A DNA stretch of 64,000 nucleotides from Takakia lepidozioides (GCA_030704615.1 CM060732.1:25792001-25856000), one strand, 5' to 3'. Shown: positions 39,020 to 53,171, counted from the stretch's first letter. A program made the numbers and translations. Notes: generated from the sequence alone by a model not told the origin.

Positions 39020-42000
39020 CGGGTCAATGGGTGAACCAATCGTTCCCCTGCCAAATGATTTTAGATTGATTTGAAACTTTGGGAGTGTGTTGTACATGCC
39101 CTCTTTAAGTTATTGAAAAAGTATGAGGTCAATCTAAAATGGTTCTAAGGGTGAACCAATAGTTCCCCTATTAAATGATTCATGATTGAAAATTGGTTGA
39201 AAGGTTTAACGAGTCGTTCGGGGGGCAAATGATTATTTTCTTCGCTTGCAACTTTGTGTACGTGATTTGTACATACTTAAGCACATATGGACCAAAGTTG
39301 AACTTCAACAAAGTTGTTTGAATCGGTTATTCAAATTCATAAGGAAAAACAACATTTCGCCTGCACATGAATTGTTTTTAATTCCATTCTGAAGCCATAT
39401 GCTTGATAACAACATGAAGAGTTGCATGCAAAATATCACCATGAACAGACATCGTCTGCATCCAAACACATTTTATTCCCTCATTTGCACTCCAAGGTGA
39501 AGTTATCTTCAACTTCATGCACTCTTCATAGAGAGTTCTGCAATAGTGAGCATAGAGCAAAGGATGAACGTTTTTTTCCAAACATTTTTCTTTGGTACAT
39601 TTTTTGGCAAGGATGTGGTGGTGTGAGGGTTCAACTCACAGAACAAAATCAAGCCAAAAACAAAATCATTGCGCCCCACAATCCTATGCCCTCTAAATCA
39701 TTTTATTTAGTAAAAATCCAGTTCAATTCAAAATTGGATGAAAGGGTGAACGGAAACTTCCCCGATGAAATATTTTTATTGCTCCGAAACTTTGCAAGTG
39801 TCTTCTACATGCCCTCTTACACGTCTTTGAGAAGTATGACATCAATCTAAAATGGTTTAAAGGGTGAACCAATCGTCCCCCTACCAAATGATTTTAAATT
39901 GATTTGAAACTTTGCAAGTGTCTTGTACATGCCCTCTTACAGGTCTTTCACAAGTTTCAAATCAATCTAAAATGGTTAAAAGGGTGAATCAATCATGAAC
40001 ATATCAAATGATTTTGGAGTGCTTTAAAGCTTTGCAAGTGTCTTTCACATGCCATTTTAAAGGTACCGGACTATAAAAACTTTCCCTATCAAATTTTACA
40101 TTGCTTTGAAGCTTTGCAAGTGTCAGCCACATGCCCTCCTACAAGTATGACGTAATAAAAATGGTTGAAAGGTGAACCAATCATTCCGCTATCAAATGAT
40201 TTTATATTGCTTTGGATGTCATTGCTTTGGTAATTCTAGCCCCCCAATGGCCCATTGTAACCCTTGAATTACAATTCAAAATGCAATTCAAGCCCTTAAA
40301 ATTGGTAATGCCAGTCCCTAAAATGACCAACCCCGGCCGCCCTCAAATTGTAATTTGAGCCCTTGAAATTGTCAATTCCAACCCCTCAAATTGCAATTGA
40401 AGCCCTGAAATTTAATTCCAACCCCTCAAATTGCACTTCTAGCCCCTGAAATGACAATTCCTAAATTTGCAACTATAGCCTGTGAAATGGCAATTGCTAG
40501 TGCAGCCCCTGAAATTGGCAATTGAAGCCCCTGGAATGGCAGTTTCAGCCCCCAAAATTGCAAGTCCAGCCCTGAAATTGGCTATGGGTGAACCAATCAT
40601 TCCCCTGCCAAATGATTTTGGATTCATTTGAAACTTTGCGAGTGTCTTGTACATGCCCTCTTAAAGTTACTGGACAAGTATGATGTCAATGTTAAATGGT
40701 TCAAGGGTGAACCAACAGTTCCCCTGTTGGATGATTCATGATTAATCGTTAACGATTGATCTCATATTACACTGGGACCTATTATAGGGTACATTGAACA
40801 CACTGGCCAGGTCTCAAATCGAACGAAAATCATTTGGATGGGCAACCATCCGTCGGCCCATTGAACGAATTTCGGTTGATCTCATATTACTCTGGGGCCT
40901 CTTCCATGGCACATTGAACATACTGGCCAAGTCTCAAAACGAACCAAAATCATCTCGATGGCCAACCATCCGTTGAGCCATCGAATGAATTTTGATTGAT
41001 CTGATATTAGTCCGAGACCTGTGAGAGGGTGTCTCAAACGTACTGGCAAAGTTTGGAAGCAAACAAAAATGATTTGGATGGGCAACCATCCGTTCACCCG
41101 TTGAATGTATTCCGCTGGATCTGCTATTGCTTTCGGACTTGTTGGACTGTGTTTCGCGTGCTCACGATATTTTTTTTCATTCGGTTTTTGAATGGGGCGT
41201 GTAATGTAGCCATATGCAACGTGCGTGCCAAATTTGGGAGCGAACATAATTCATTTGGACCCAAAACCACAGTTTCTTCCCTGTTTTGCACTCCAAACTT
41301 GATTTGTGTTCAACTTCATGCACTCTTTATAGAGAGTTCTGCAATAGTGAGCGAAGAGAACACTTTTTTTTGGGGCATTTTTTATTGGTCCAAATTTTGG
41401 CGGGGGAGTAGTGGTGGGATGCTGGAAGCCGCAGAACAAAATTGAGCCAAAAACAAATCGATACGTGCCAGAAACCCCCAAAAGGCAGTGCAAACCTATT
41501 TATTGGCTTAAATTAATTTAAATTCAATTACATTATGGAATGGCTTGGTGTCGATGGGGAGGCAAATGATTGTCTATTGTGTCTCCACCATGTGTTCAAG
41601 CACATGCGGGCAAAAGAGGGGCTTCAACCACATCCGTTCAATAACACGCATTGCAGGATTTCTTTTTCGCAATGAACAAAACCATATGACAACTGAACGC
41701 CTCATTGGCCCATCGAACGAATTTCGATTGATCTCATATTACTGGGACCTATTAGAGGGTACATTGAACACACTGGCCAAGTCTCAAAGCGAACGAAAAT
41801 CATTTGGATGGTTTGGCCCATTGAACAAATTTCGGTTGATCTCATATTACTCTGGGGCCTCTTCCATGGCACATTGAACATACTGGCCAAGTCTCAAAAC
41901 GAACCAAAATCATCTCGATGGCCAACCATCGTTGAGCCATTTTTTGACTTCTGCAATAGTGATTTGTTTTTGGGGCATTTTATTAGTCCAAATTTTGTTG

Positions 42001-42470
42001 AGCAAAAAAAAATCGATACGTGTGAAAGGCAGTGCAAACCTATTTATTGGCTTAAAATTAATTTAAATTCAATTACATTATGGAATGGCTTGGTGTCGAT
42101 GGGGAGGCAATGATTAATTACATGTGTCGCACACATGTTCAAGCACATGCGGGCAAAAGAGGGGCTTCGTTCAATGGGTGCAATAGCCGTGCACGCATTG
42201 CATGATTTCTTTTTCGCAATGAACAAAAACCAGATGACAACTGAACGCCTCATTGGCCTATTGAACGAATTTCGATTGATCTCATATTACACTGGGACCT
42301 ATCAGAGGGTACATTGGACACACTGGCCAAGTCTCAAAGCAAACGAAAATCATTTGGATGGGCAACCATCCGTTGGCCCATTGAACAAATTTCGATTGAT
42401 CTCATATTACTCTGGGGCCTCTTCCATGGTACATTGAAGATACTGGGTCTCAAGCAAACCAAATCATTCA
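39020..42470. repeat. Complex ~120-bp repeat field with an orientation switch near 40745 and a ~21-bp minisatellite (40240-40590)
   Basis: GGGTGAACCAATC..AAATGATTTT..GAAACTTTGCAAGTGTC..CATGCCCTCTT units on the left; diverged reverse-complement homologs (AGAGGGTACATTGAACACACTGGCCAAGTCTCAAA..AAAATCATTTGG) on the right. Confidence 0.8.
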
Positions 42471-42485
42471 TGATTATGCGTCTGT

Positions 42486-44928
42486 TCACCAGTACGGAGA
42501 GCCTCCACTAGTACGGAGAGCTCGAGCTTGGGCTCGAGTGGTCAAAGAGGGACCTAGTGTTGTGTGGTCCACCTTTGCCATCATGCGTAGCGTTCTAGGC
42601 GAGTGCTGACTCTCTTCCACATTTGCCAGAGCCGGGTGTGTCGCTCTTGCTACGGCGGCATGCAATTTTTCAATTAAATCCGATATGTTTGGAAGTGGCA
42701 AGAACACCCCTGGAATAGGGGCAACTTGGTCACGCCATGTGTTCTGCCAATACTTTAGAACACTCGTGATGGCAGCCTTGAAATTGTCCAACACCTCCTC
42801 CTGCTGGGGGTCTCTGCGCAACTCTGGAAAAAATGGCCCATCATCCCGACGAGGCACCCAGTACGTCTCATTCATATCCTCCCAACGGATGCTAGCGGCC
42901 TCCAACTCCCTCAGAAATAGGTCTCTCCCAATCGGTTCGCGATTGTATGGGTCGTTTTCCCGCTGGCACCCACGGATCCTCAGGCAGTCGAAAGAATCTT
43001 TGTCTGGTACAGCTCCAATGCCCTCCCAAGTTCCGGCAAAAAAGCTCCCTTTGGACTGGGTCCCGTATGCCTCTAGCACGCACGGTTATTTCCGTTGGAT
43101 GTCACCCAAAAGGTCACCGGATCTTTAACCTAGTTAACGTCTTCGCATCCAAGGCGTGCATCTCTCTTGGAGCATCCCATGTCATTGTCTCCTCCCAGTG
43201 TTGCCAATTTAAAAAATCGTAAGGCGATACATCCAATGGCATGTTGTACCGGTTGTACTCGTATCCCGTGGGCATATTGTCTTGCAACCCAAACAACTCG
43301 TAGAAACGTCGATGGATTGGTCCACGGCAGTCAGGGCATTGGCTGGCTCGCATGGCTGCCGATATGAGACATGTGGGATGGAACAAATGGCCACATGAAC
43401 CAAGCATATAGCCTCCCTCCGGTCCATAAGGGTTTAGGCACATTGTGCACACCCGTACCATCTGTTACCCATGACGCTGGATTGCTCTGTGGTATCCACG
43501 TCCGTTTATCCTCATTAATGTAGGATGACATCCTCGGCCTGGTGTCCCACTCCTCCTCTACTTCCAAATCCCAGTTTATGCTGTTATTGGTATCGGAAAT
43601 TGTATGCACACAGTGCTCAAACATGACATGCACATCACCCCATGTGGTGAATCCAGTGTACTTCGACGTGAATACATCACGCACAGTGTCGTGCCTTTGC
43701 AAATTAGCATAGATGCTATCTACGCTTCGATTCGACAAACGTGCTGCACGTTGGAGGGAGGACAACGCTTCTTCTATCCGTGTTTCCCGCGATGCTAGAT
43801 GGCCCGCCCATGTCACCCAATTCCGCCAATTCCCCTTCAACCATGGCCACGATCGGATTTGCATGGCATTTGAGTACCGATATGCAACAGCCCTAGCTTG
43901 CTCGCGTTCCCCCACAAGCTGCTCTAATTCCTGTTCTTGGGCCGATGTAATTTGCACGGCTGAACATTCCCCAGTTTCCACTATGGGGTCCTTTTTTTCT
44001 TGCCCTCTCCGCCGCAAGTCTTTCTTCCTCAACCCTCGCGGGTCCAGTTCAGACGTTTGCACTTCATTCCCATGCCCGATTGAGTCAACCCCGTCGATGA
44101 CGCGGTCAATGTCCATTGGTGGCATATTCAAACGCCAATGTCTTGCTCGTTGGTGATTGGCCTCGGGTCCTGAAGCACACCCGCGTACGCTGTCGAGAGT
44201 CCCCAACCCCATTCTTTCCAGCAACTTCGCTATTTGCCACCGTTGCAAATGAACAATGTCTTGCAGGTCTTTGATGTGTTGTTCATGTGCGGCCAATTGT
44301 TCCTCCAACGGAGAGCATACCTCGCCCCCCTCCACCTCAGACGTTGAAGGCCGGCTGCGGAGACCTGTTGCGGCGTATAATTTGGAGGTTGGTCTGCATT
44401 TCCTCCTTCTTCCACCTCGTCGTTTCCATCGAACCGTATGATGTCCTGCCCTGACGTATATACAAGTCTGGATATCAGAGAACATGTATAGTCTAGTACG
44501 TTGTTTCGCAGTGGCAGTTTGCCAATCCACCGGTCGCAATAAAATCAACTCTGTGTACAACATGGCCGCAAATAAATACGGGACCTTGTTGTTGACGAGC
44601 GGTTGACCCCACAATGTTGTATGTACCTCCTCTGCCCTGTGGCGGAAATGCGGGTTGGCGCAGGAATGCAAGCTAGCTTGATTTTGTTTGGTTTGTGGAT
44701 CATGCCTATCTCTGGGCCACAAACGATTTATGTGACACCAGTCCACAAATTTCCTGCAGTCACCAAGCGACAACTTCCAAACTTCCCAACCTGTTCCGCA
44801 AGAATGTTGGGGTCATTGTATATGTCCCAACGAAGTTCGCGCCTGGCCCTTTTGGTTTTTTTTTTGGGAGGTCCAGGTTCATTATCGTCATCCCTGGGAT
44901 GACCTCCTCTGTCTTCCTCCTCCGCCAT
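42486..44928 (-). pseudogene. Intronless coiled-coil + RING-H2 gene (~800 codons, frameshifted)
   Basis: Overlapping ORFs 44728-44928, 43331-44773, 43114-43461 and 42486-43079. CTMC...CGHLFHPTC...CPDC is a C3H2C3 pattern. Confidence 0.8.
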
Positions 44929-45282
44929 TTATGGCTTGGCTTACCCTACTCGACAGGTGTTTGCTAAGAAAAATGCTCTCCCAACCCTCCTAAATCGTAC
45001 CTAATCCTACTCCCTAATGAATCCTCCCCAAGTACTAGAGGCACGTGTCACTCCGCAGTTCTAAGTGAATGACGCAATGTGCAATGAAAAAAACGTGGGT
45101 GCTAGAGGAGGGCTTCCGGGAGGTACTCAGCATCGATTTCGTAGAATCCAACGGCCCAAAATACCCCCACCCAACCAATAGCACCCCTCTCCACTTGGAC
45201 TCAATGACAAGGAATGCAACATCCCATCGCCCACCAAGTCCTGGTGTGGAGAAAAGTGAGGGAGAGAATGGCCTCCAAGGCC

Positions 45283-46120
45283 TTATAAGCCCCCCCCCAC
45301 ACTCGGGGCGCGCGCTGTCATCATGACTGCGCACGCTAGTAATAGCTGCGGCAGGGGTGGTCGCATCTTTTTTTTTTTCTTTATTACCACCAGCAGGGGG
45401 TGGTCGCATTTTTTTTTTTTTTAATAACCAGCAGGGGGTGGTCGCACGACCACCAGCAGGGGTGGTCGCAGATTTTTGGGTTGGTTTGTTTATTTTTTTT
45501 AATGGGTGCGACCACCAGCAGGGGGGTGGTCGCAGATTTTGGTTGGTCGCACCACCAGCGCAGACGCAGGCGCATAATTTTAATAGGCGCGACAGCAGAG
45601 GTGGTCGCAAATTTTGTTTAAAACAAATAGGTGCGACCACCACCTGCTGGTGGTCGCACTATTTTCCTTTTCTTTAATAGATGCGACCACCAGCAGGGGG
45701 TGGTCGCATAATTTTCCGATTTTTTAATATCTACCAACAGTCAGTAGCTCAGTTGGTTAAGTGCACTGAGTGCGACCCGGACGATTCTGGGGTCAAATCT
45801 TGCTACTTGATGGGTGTGGTATGGTTCGTGTGTGGTGCCCCATTCCTACGCCTCTTGGCGCATAAATGAAAGAGGTTATTTTCTCCTCTCACTACTAAGG
45901 GGCCTGATTTGTGAGCTGTCGCTCCCAGGTGTTTCCCAAAAATAAAATAAAAATAAAATAAAAATCTGCGACCACCAGCAGGGGTAATCAGTAAATCAGT
46001 AAATAGGTGCGACTACCAGCAGGGGGGTGGTCGCAACATTTTTCTTTATTTTAACAGTTGCGACGACCGCTACTGGTGGTCACACAATTGTTTTTTAAAA
46101 ATAGGTGCGACCACCAGGAG
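45283..46120 (-). promoter_or_regulatory. Second palindrome cluster plus TATA box upstream of the RING gene
   Basis: About 10 full or half TGCGACCACC/GGTGGTCGCA sites; TTATAAGGCCT on minus at ~45283-45288. Confidence 0.65.
45734..45814 (+). mobile_element. tRNA-derived SINE-like repeat (copy 2)
   Basis: TAGCTCAGTTGGTTAAG A box and GGGGTCAAATC B-box-like motif; homolog of 20503-20582. Confidence 0.55.
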
Positions 46121-46654
46121 GTTGGTCCCCTTGCACCTGTATGTATGTTTGGAGAGGCAGATGAAAAGCACATGTATCGACTCCCCATGGATTTGTGAAG
46201 GGGAAGATGAATGTTGGGAGCTGCACCTGCCTTTGTGGCTTTCGAAACCATAATAGGAAATCAACAATGTAAAGGTAATGACGAAACACAAACACACGCA
46301 CAACACCAAAACCCTTTCTTGGGTACACATATTCCACCATTTTTATTTCCGTACACGTATGCATGTACCCAAACTGAAACATGGATATCCATGAAACATA
46401 CTACACATCATGTGACAGGTCACAGTTATAGCTGTACCTAATTCCGTCTGGCACGACGACGATGGTATGATCTCACGTCTAGTACAAAATCTTCGTCCCC
46501 ACTCACTTCACCCCGTTCCCGTGATCAGTGCTAGAATCATGATCTCCATCTGTTCTTTCGTTTCCAGAGGCAACTGGCCGTTGGACCTGTAGTCGTCCTC
46601 GGAGTACGTTCAGTTGTCTCTCTGGTCGATTTCCACTCCTATCATGAATACCAT

Positions 46655-49400
46655 CTAGGGTATCAGGCTGTTCACAGGTCGGTCACCAACAAAAGGTTGC
46701 ACAATTCTCTGCCGTTTCTGGGCTTGTCCCGGATTTCGTGGTGGCCTTGGAGCAGGTCTCGTATGAGGAAGGCTACTCGCACGTACATCAGAGGGGCCGA
46801 CATGAGAGGAAGGGGCATGAGATGGACCAGCGAGGGTCGAGGGAGCACGGTTCACATGCGGACGTCGTCGGGCCAGATGAAACGACAATGGCCGGTCGTC
46901 GTCATCCGATGGTTCGACTTGCAGAAGTCCCGCAGCAGAAGAACCATCTCCCAGGATCGGAGTAGCGATGGAAAGGAATTACATGAGGGGAGAGAGACTA
47001 GATGGACCAGCATGGGATGGACCGGCTTGAGAAAGAGAAACATGAGATGGAGCGGGGTGAGATGAAGCACGGTTCACAGGGCACGATGTCGGTGAAGGAA
47101 TGACAACGGCCGGTTGTCATCATCCGACGATTCGACCTGCACATCTCCCGCAGTCCGTGGAACTCGTGGTGGGGAGAGTTGACCTCAACTTCATTGTTGA
47201 GAGTGTGCTCCACTGGGGGAAGGGGGTCCGCAATTGGGATGACACCATGTCGCAGTTCATCAACAACAAGGTCATCGAAGGATGGATGCATTGCAGCATC
47301 ATCGTCATTAAATTCATATGGGTCATGTGGAGGATTGCCCACATCATCGGACCCATCCCAACCGTCGGAGTCGGAGTCCCTCGCGGCGTCAGTGTCATCA
47401 TTGCTGCTAGATTGGACCTCTGAGGCAGATTCTTCAGACAACAGATTCTTCTCGTACCATGCAGATGCGTCACTTGCTCTCCTCTCTCGCAGTAGCCTAC
47501 AATTTTGTGTAGACATAAACCAATTTGTCAGCCCTGGCAGGATTCAACCTGTTGCGAATCTTGTTGTGAACAAACGAGTAACTGCTCCAGTTCCGCTCAC
47601 AGGACGAGGCAGAGCACACTTGAGCAAGAATACGCTTTGCAATGGGAGCTAACGTTCTTGCTCCAGCTCCAATCAGATCCCACCATTCATGTGGCAACAT
47701 GTTCATTGCTTTTGGATCCGGCATGTCATGGAAATGATTCTGCCGATCCGAGAAGCACTGGTACTCGGACAACGCTCGCTCTGCCATGTTCAAGGGCGCA
47801 AGTTGCATGATGACCTATACAAGCCCGACTTTGGCATCCACATCGTCTCTCAAATCCGTATTGTCCAGCAAAAATGGATTCAGCAAGGCCCCCGCATAAT
47901 GCAAGTCCGTGCGAACCATCCGTTTGCGGTCGTAAAATGCATCCTCGGTCCTTGCCGCCAAATCATCGTCCATAGAAAATGGAGGACGCCTCAAGGATTG
48001 CACGTGCTTCTCAAGGTTTTCCAATATCAACCATGTTTTACCCATTATTGGTTGTTTTCCATCAAACTCCCGCAAAGCAATCAACACGGCTCCACCATGT
48101 ACACAAAATTTGCACATTTCGCCCAGAAATCGTCGGAGCGAATGATTGCGCGGACCTCCAACTTTTGCTCAAAGACTTGGACTTACGAGAGTCGCGTAAG
48201 GTGCCCACATACGCATCCCATTGAGGGTCAATGATCACCTGCTCCAGACCCGCCCTCACAGTCACCAGTCGATCCACCATCAAAAATTTTGTGGCAAAGC
48301 GGGTTTCACCCGGGTTCCTAAGGCTGTATTTGGGTTCATGCTTTCTAAACAATGCCAGAGGGATGTGATGTGTACGAATGAACGTCACAACCGACTTTGC
48401 CCTTTTTAGTTGTTTCATCCATGATTCTTTTCCCCAATCCTCCAAAAGGAATCAAAGATATGAGCAGCACCCCTTGGTAATATAGATGGGATATCGTACC
48501 ATCAAAATATCGGCCATATTAACCATGTTAGATGCATTGTCCGTGCACACTTGGACAATTTTATCAGCTCCAATTTTATCGATGTAACTCGTCAACAACC
48601 CTGCTTGATAACGTGCATCTTTTCTCTCCCCCCTTGTGTCAACGGATCCAAAAATTGTTCCCCCGCAGGACAGACCAGCATGACATTGAACAGTGGTCGA
48701 TTAGTAACAGAACTCCAACCGTCCGCACATATAGTGCTTCCATATTTCCGGAGAGAATCACCTGTCTTTTCATTCACCTTTTGGGTGAGGTCAGACATAG
48801 CCTCTTCCAGCAATCCTGTGCGGAGATCGCGATAACTCGGAGGTGTGTATGTGGACTTGGAATCGGACGTGGCTTTGACAGCAGCCACAAACGCATGAAG
48901 CCTCGAGACATTGAACGGAATATTGGCCTCGTAGAAAAATTGGGCCCACTTCTTATCCAGAGTCCTCCTGTGCGACAAATTTAAGCCTTCTTGCATTGAT
49001 TGTTGCCTCAATGGTCTGGTCCGTACAAGTGTTGGCGTACAATCGGGTGTTGCTCCTGACCCACCGGCTTCTCCACGAACAGCAGACGCCTCGCAAGAAT
49101 CCCCCTGGGTACAACTCTGAAGAACAGTTTGATTCGAACCTGGAGTGTTTGGCTCAGAAGCCGCGGCCACATCAAGAGACGGTGGGATATTGCCTCCACA
49201 TTGGACAAAGTGGGCTTTCACTCGCATGGAGGCTTTTGGGCACAAACTAACCTCTGCATTCTTCCCATCTCTATAGCCAAGGTGATATAACATGCGATCT
49301 TTGCGACCCGCCAGCTTCAATGCATTGAACACCGTCCTTTTTGTGCGGGTCTATGGTGAACCAATGGATCCACTCCTCTCTCATCCTCACACCCAAAACC
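46655..49400 (-). pseudogene. hAT transposase (BED-like finger, DUF659 core, C-terminal dimerisation domain), frameshifted
   Basis: FFYEANIPFNV, PPSYRDLR, ICADGWSSVTNRPLFNVM, VCTDNASNM, ETRFAT, WWDLIG...AKRILAQVCSASSCERNWS..HNKIRNRL...KLVYVY. Confidence 0.92.
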
Positions 49401-49694
49401 CTAACCACAGACTTAAGGTTGAACGAATAACACTAGTGTACTTGGTAGATTTGTCAAGAGCAATAGAAGTTAGAACAGAATGTGATGGCCCAACACTACG
49501 GCATCAATCCAAGTGGATCAATGCACCATGTAGTATTGTGCTTTTCGACAATTTGCTGCAGTGGCTCTGGTGGAAGCCACAACAGCAAACGGTCCGCACC
49601 CTCCTCTTGGGCTTACACTCTTGCTCAAGGAATAGAGAACATTCACTGGCCACAAAAGTGTTTGCCACAAAAGAAGTGAGAAGCATTGGGACCA

Positions 49695-50165
49695 CTTTAT
49701 ATACCCTCCAGCCTCCAAGCCTCACACGCTCGACGAATCAGATCCAATGCTGTGACCGCTCCAGGTCGCACGAGGAAGTCGCAAGTTATTTTTAAAAAAA
49801 AACTGCTGCGACCACCCTCATGCTGGTGGTCGCACCTTTTAAAAAAAAAAAAAATGCTGCGACCACCCCCATGCTCGTGGTCACAGAGATTATTTAAAAA
49901 ATAAATAAAATAAAATTTTGTTGCGATCACCCCCCTGCTGGTGGTCGCACCTATTAAAAAAACAAAAAATTTCTGCGACCACCCCCCTGCTAGTGGTCGC
50001 ACCTATTAAACAAATAGAAAATTTCTGCGACCACCCCCATGCTGGTGGTCGCACCTATTAAAAAAAAAGAAAAATGCTGCGACCACCCCCATGCTCGTGG
50101 TCACAGAGAATACTAAAAATAAAAAATAAAAAATTCTGCGACCACCCCCCTGCTGGTGGCCGTAT
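49695..50165 (-). promoter_or_regulatory. Third palindrome cluster plus TATA box upstream of the hAT transposase
   Basis: About 7 palindromes at ~51-64-bp spacing (49807-50160); TATATAAAG on minus at 49695-49703. Confidence 0.7.
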
Positions 50166-50190
50166 TGGATCTCACAGACCTCTCCGTCAT

Positions 50191-51570
50191 TACCTGACTA
50201 CGTACCCAAGCAGTACACACAAGAGGTCCTCTTGGGTTCATGGTCAGTCAAATCCTCCATGGGTCATGACACAAGGTCGAGGACTGAGTGGTGAGAGCAC
50301 CTTCTTCTTTGACCTATTTCAGCCTGTTTTGCCCTCTCATCAGACTCAGCCCTGAATTTGCATATTGAATTCTATAAGTTAGCTCGTTGGGTAGATCTGT
50401 GGTGGTTTGGAGTGACTTTAACAAGTTACTGCCGATGTGGCAGCAGGAAAGTACGGCCCAAAAACAAATAACAAAGAGAAGAGTGTCTCTAGTTAGCATA
50501 GAACTAGTGTCACTAGTGGACTAGTTAGTATAGGAACTAGTGTGATAGGTAGGGTTGGGGTGTTTGCTGGAGAAATTCAAGCATTTTCCTTCTTATCAGT
50601 AGCGGCTCTAAATTTTCATGATGAATTCTGCAAGTTAGCTGGTTGAGTGAACCTTTGTAGTTTGGAGTGACTTTGACATGATACTACCAATGTGACAACA
50701 GGAAAGAATCCAGAAACAGGTAACAGAGACCACAAGAAGCTGTGGAATGAATACTTTTCTGACCCCAGTCAACAGTGGGACAATCACGGCAAAAATGTGA
50801 ATGTCTGTTGGATTGCAGAGAGTAGAAGATGCAATTGAGCATAGGAACTAGTGTGATAAGTTGAGTTGGGTGTTTCCTAGAACAATTCGAGGCTTTCATT
50901 GTCAGCTGCTAGCAGCAAGGCAAGGGTGAATGCATGATTTGGGTAGAGGCATGGATAGCTGAAGGAGCAGAGATAGAGTGTGGGTCCAGTCATCGAAGAC
51001 GGGCGGACTTGAACAAGCTCCAAATTACCTTTGATTCCATGTGGATTAATAGCTACTAGCAACCTGCATGGGTAGATGGTCAACTGGAAGTTGCAGCAGC
51101 AACAGTGGAATTGATAAAATCAGGCACTGCACCTTCTTCAACACATTTCATCCTATTTTTCCTTCTTATCAGAATCAACCCTAAGTTTCCATGTTGAATT
51201 CTGCAAGTTAGCTGGTTGAGTGAACCTTTAATAGTTTGGAGTGACTTTGACATGATACTGCCAATGTGACAACAGGAAAGTATCCAGAAACAGGTAACAA
51301 AGATGAAAAGAAGCTGTGGAATTAATACTTTTCTTACCCAGTCAATGGTGGGACAATCGAGGCAAGAAGGTGAATGTCTGTTTGATTCTAGAGACTAGCA
51401 GATGCAATGAGCATAAGAACTAGTGTGATAGGCTGAGTTGAGTGTCTCCTAGAACAAATCTAGGCTGTCATTGTCAGCTGCTAGCAGCAAGGCAATGATG
51501 AATGCATGATTTGTGCAGATCAGGCATGGATAGCTGAAGGAGCAGAGATAGAGTGTGGGTCCAGATTCAT
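50191..51570 (+). pseudogene. Degenerate OSB-type PDF-motif exon repeats (plus strand)
   Basis: PDY..K..TQEVL/WVHGQSNPPWV at 50191; KLWNEYFSDPSQQWDNHGK at ~50740; QWWDNRGKK at ~51345. Inverted homologs of the 565-bp array. Confidence 0.6.
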
Positions 51571-52559
51571 CCAAGAGGGCTAGCAAGAGGGCAACTCTTT
51601 GGTTGCTTGATTCTCACTCCCATTTGGTGTTTGTCGTGGTCTCCTTGGCAGGATTTCCCACCACAGCCCCTTTCTTCCAAGCAGCCAGTTGTCAACCTTG
51701 CTCTCCCATCCTTCACCCTCTTCGTCAGTGAAGTACTCCCTTTCTCTTTTTTCATGTTCCAACCATTTAGGTGGTTTCTCCCTCAATACTGCCTTCAATT
51801 GCTGCATTGCCATGTGTTTACTCTCTGTGGTTTTAATTTGCTCATGCCCAACAGTTGGAAGAATTCCATGTGTTGGGATAATTCCACTCTGAGCTACAAT
51901 TTCCATTCTTTTTAGTGCTTCCCACAGGCTGGCTTTTGCTGGAACAGGTCAGTCCTCTTCACTTAAGTTTTCCTCTCCTCATCATACTTCTCCAAATCTG
52001 GTCATAGGCATCCTCATTTCCTTCTGTCTCTAGCCTATCACGCTCATCCTCCTTGACTGTCCCTTGTGGTTCAGCTCTTGTTTGTGTGTCTCCATCAAAG
52101 GGACATCCTTCGTGTGGTGGAATGCTACATGCTGAGTGCAGGTGCCTCGTGGATGTAGCAGGAAGCAACAACAACAATTGACCACTTGATAAAATCGGGT
52201 ACCCTCATCTTCAATACATTTCAGCCCGTTCTGTTCTCTTTTCAGAGTAGTCCCTAATTGTCCAGCGAAGGGGAGGATGTATATGGATTTATGGGTGTTG
52301 TGGTAGGGATAGCTAAAGGGGCACACAAAGTAGGGTTGGTTCTATTTTCAGTGCACATGGTGTACAAAAGTATTCGATCAGAAATACAGGGTGATGAACT
52401 TGTGCCCTTAGATTGTGTTTTGAGGAGCCAGATTTTGGGACAACACTGCTATTTTGTAAATCTGACTGGTAGTTGTTTAAGAGAATCTCTTTTTACATCT
52501 GTTGTTGTTGTCTTCAGTGCCTCTGTTACGTCCTTTCCACTTTGTCATTTCTTGTGAAT

Positions 52560-53171
52560 GATGGTGTGTTATGATTTTCCAAATAATATTAAAAACCAAA
52601 TTCTCAAACAACTGATTTGATGCCACGTGTCCAACCCAACAAACCACTTTGCGGTAGGCACCATGATTACACAACATCGCATCATACATTGACACGTGTC
52701 ATATCCTTGAAAAAACACCTGGCAATGAGTTCCTACAGGCATAGTCATGGGAATGATTTTAAATATATTTAAAATTCAAAACAAACTAACCATATGATGC
52801 CACGTGTCCAAATGTCAGCATGGTGGTAGTCAGGATAATGACTGCAAAGCCTCATCATAATATGCCACGTGTCAATTTTTGGAGACGCCAGATGGCGCAC
52901 ATCCACAAAAACCTCCTGGATTTATTAAAAGAGACACGTGTAGAGTTTGCAACAACATACTAAGTCATGTATGGTAGAAGTACACATGACTGCCAAATGA
53001 CAGTCAGATGTATCACTTGGTTCATATGACTGCAGTCATACGTGACCGACCATCATGTACTCATTGTATTCACTTGGTTTGCACGACTTGCAGTCAGCGA
53101 AGTCATATGTACCGTTTATGACTACGAGACAGTCATATATACAGTCATATATACCGCGTTCTGTTGTAGTG
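52560..53171 (+). mobile_element. Second CACTA terminus
   Basis: Ends TTCTGTTGTAGTG (reverse complement CACTACAACAGAA) with AGTCAT/ATGACT subterminal repeats. Inner boundary approximate. Confidence 0.7.

Noticed and set aside
36580-50170. Defined TIRs/TSD for the kinase-RING-hAT block
   Set aside because: Similar sequences at the two edges are just degenerate copies of the internal palindrome; no 8-bp TSD was found.
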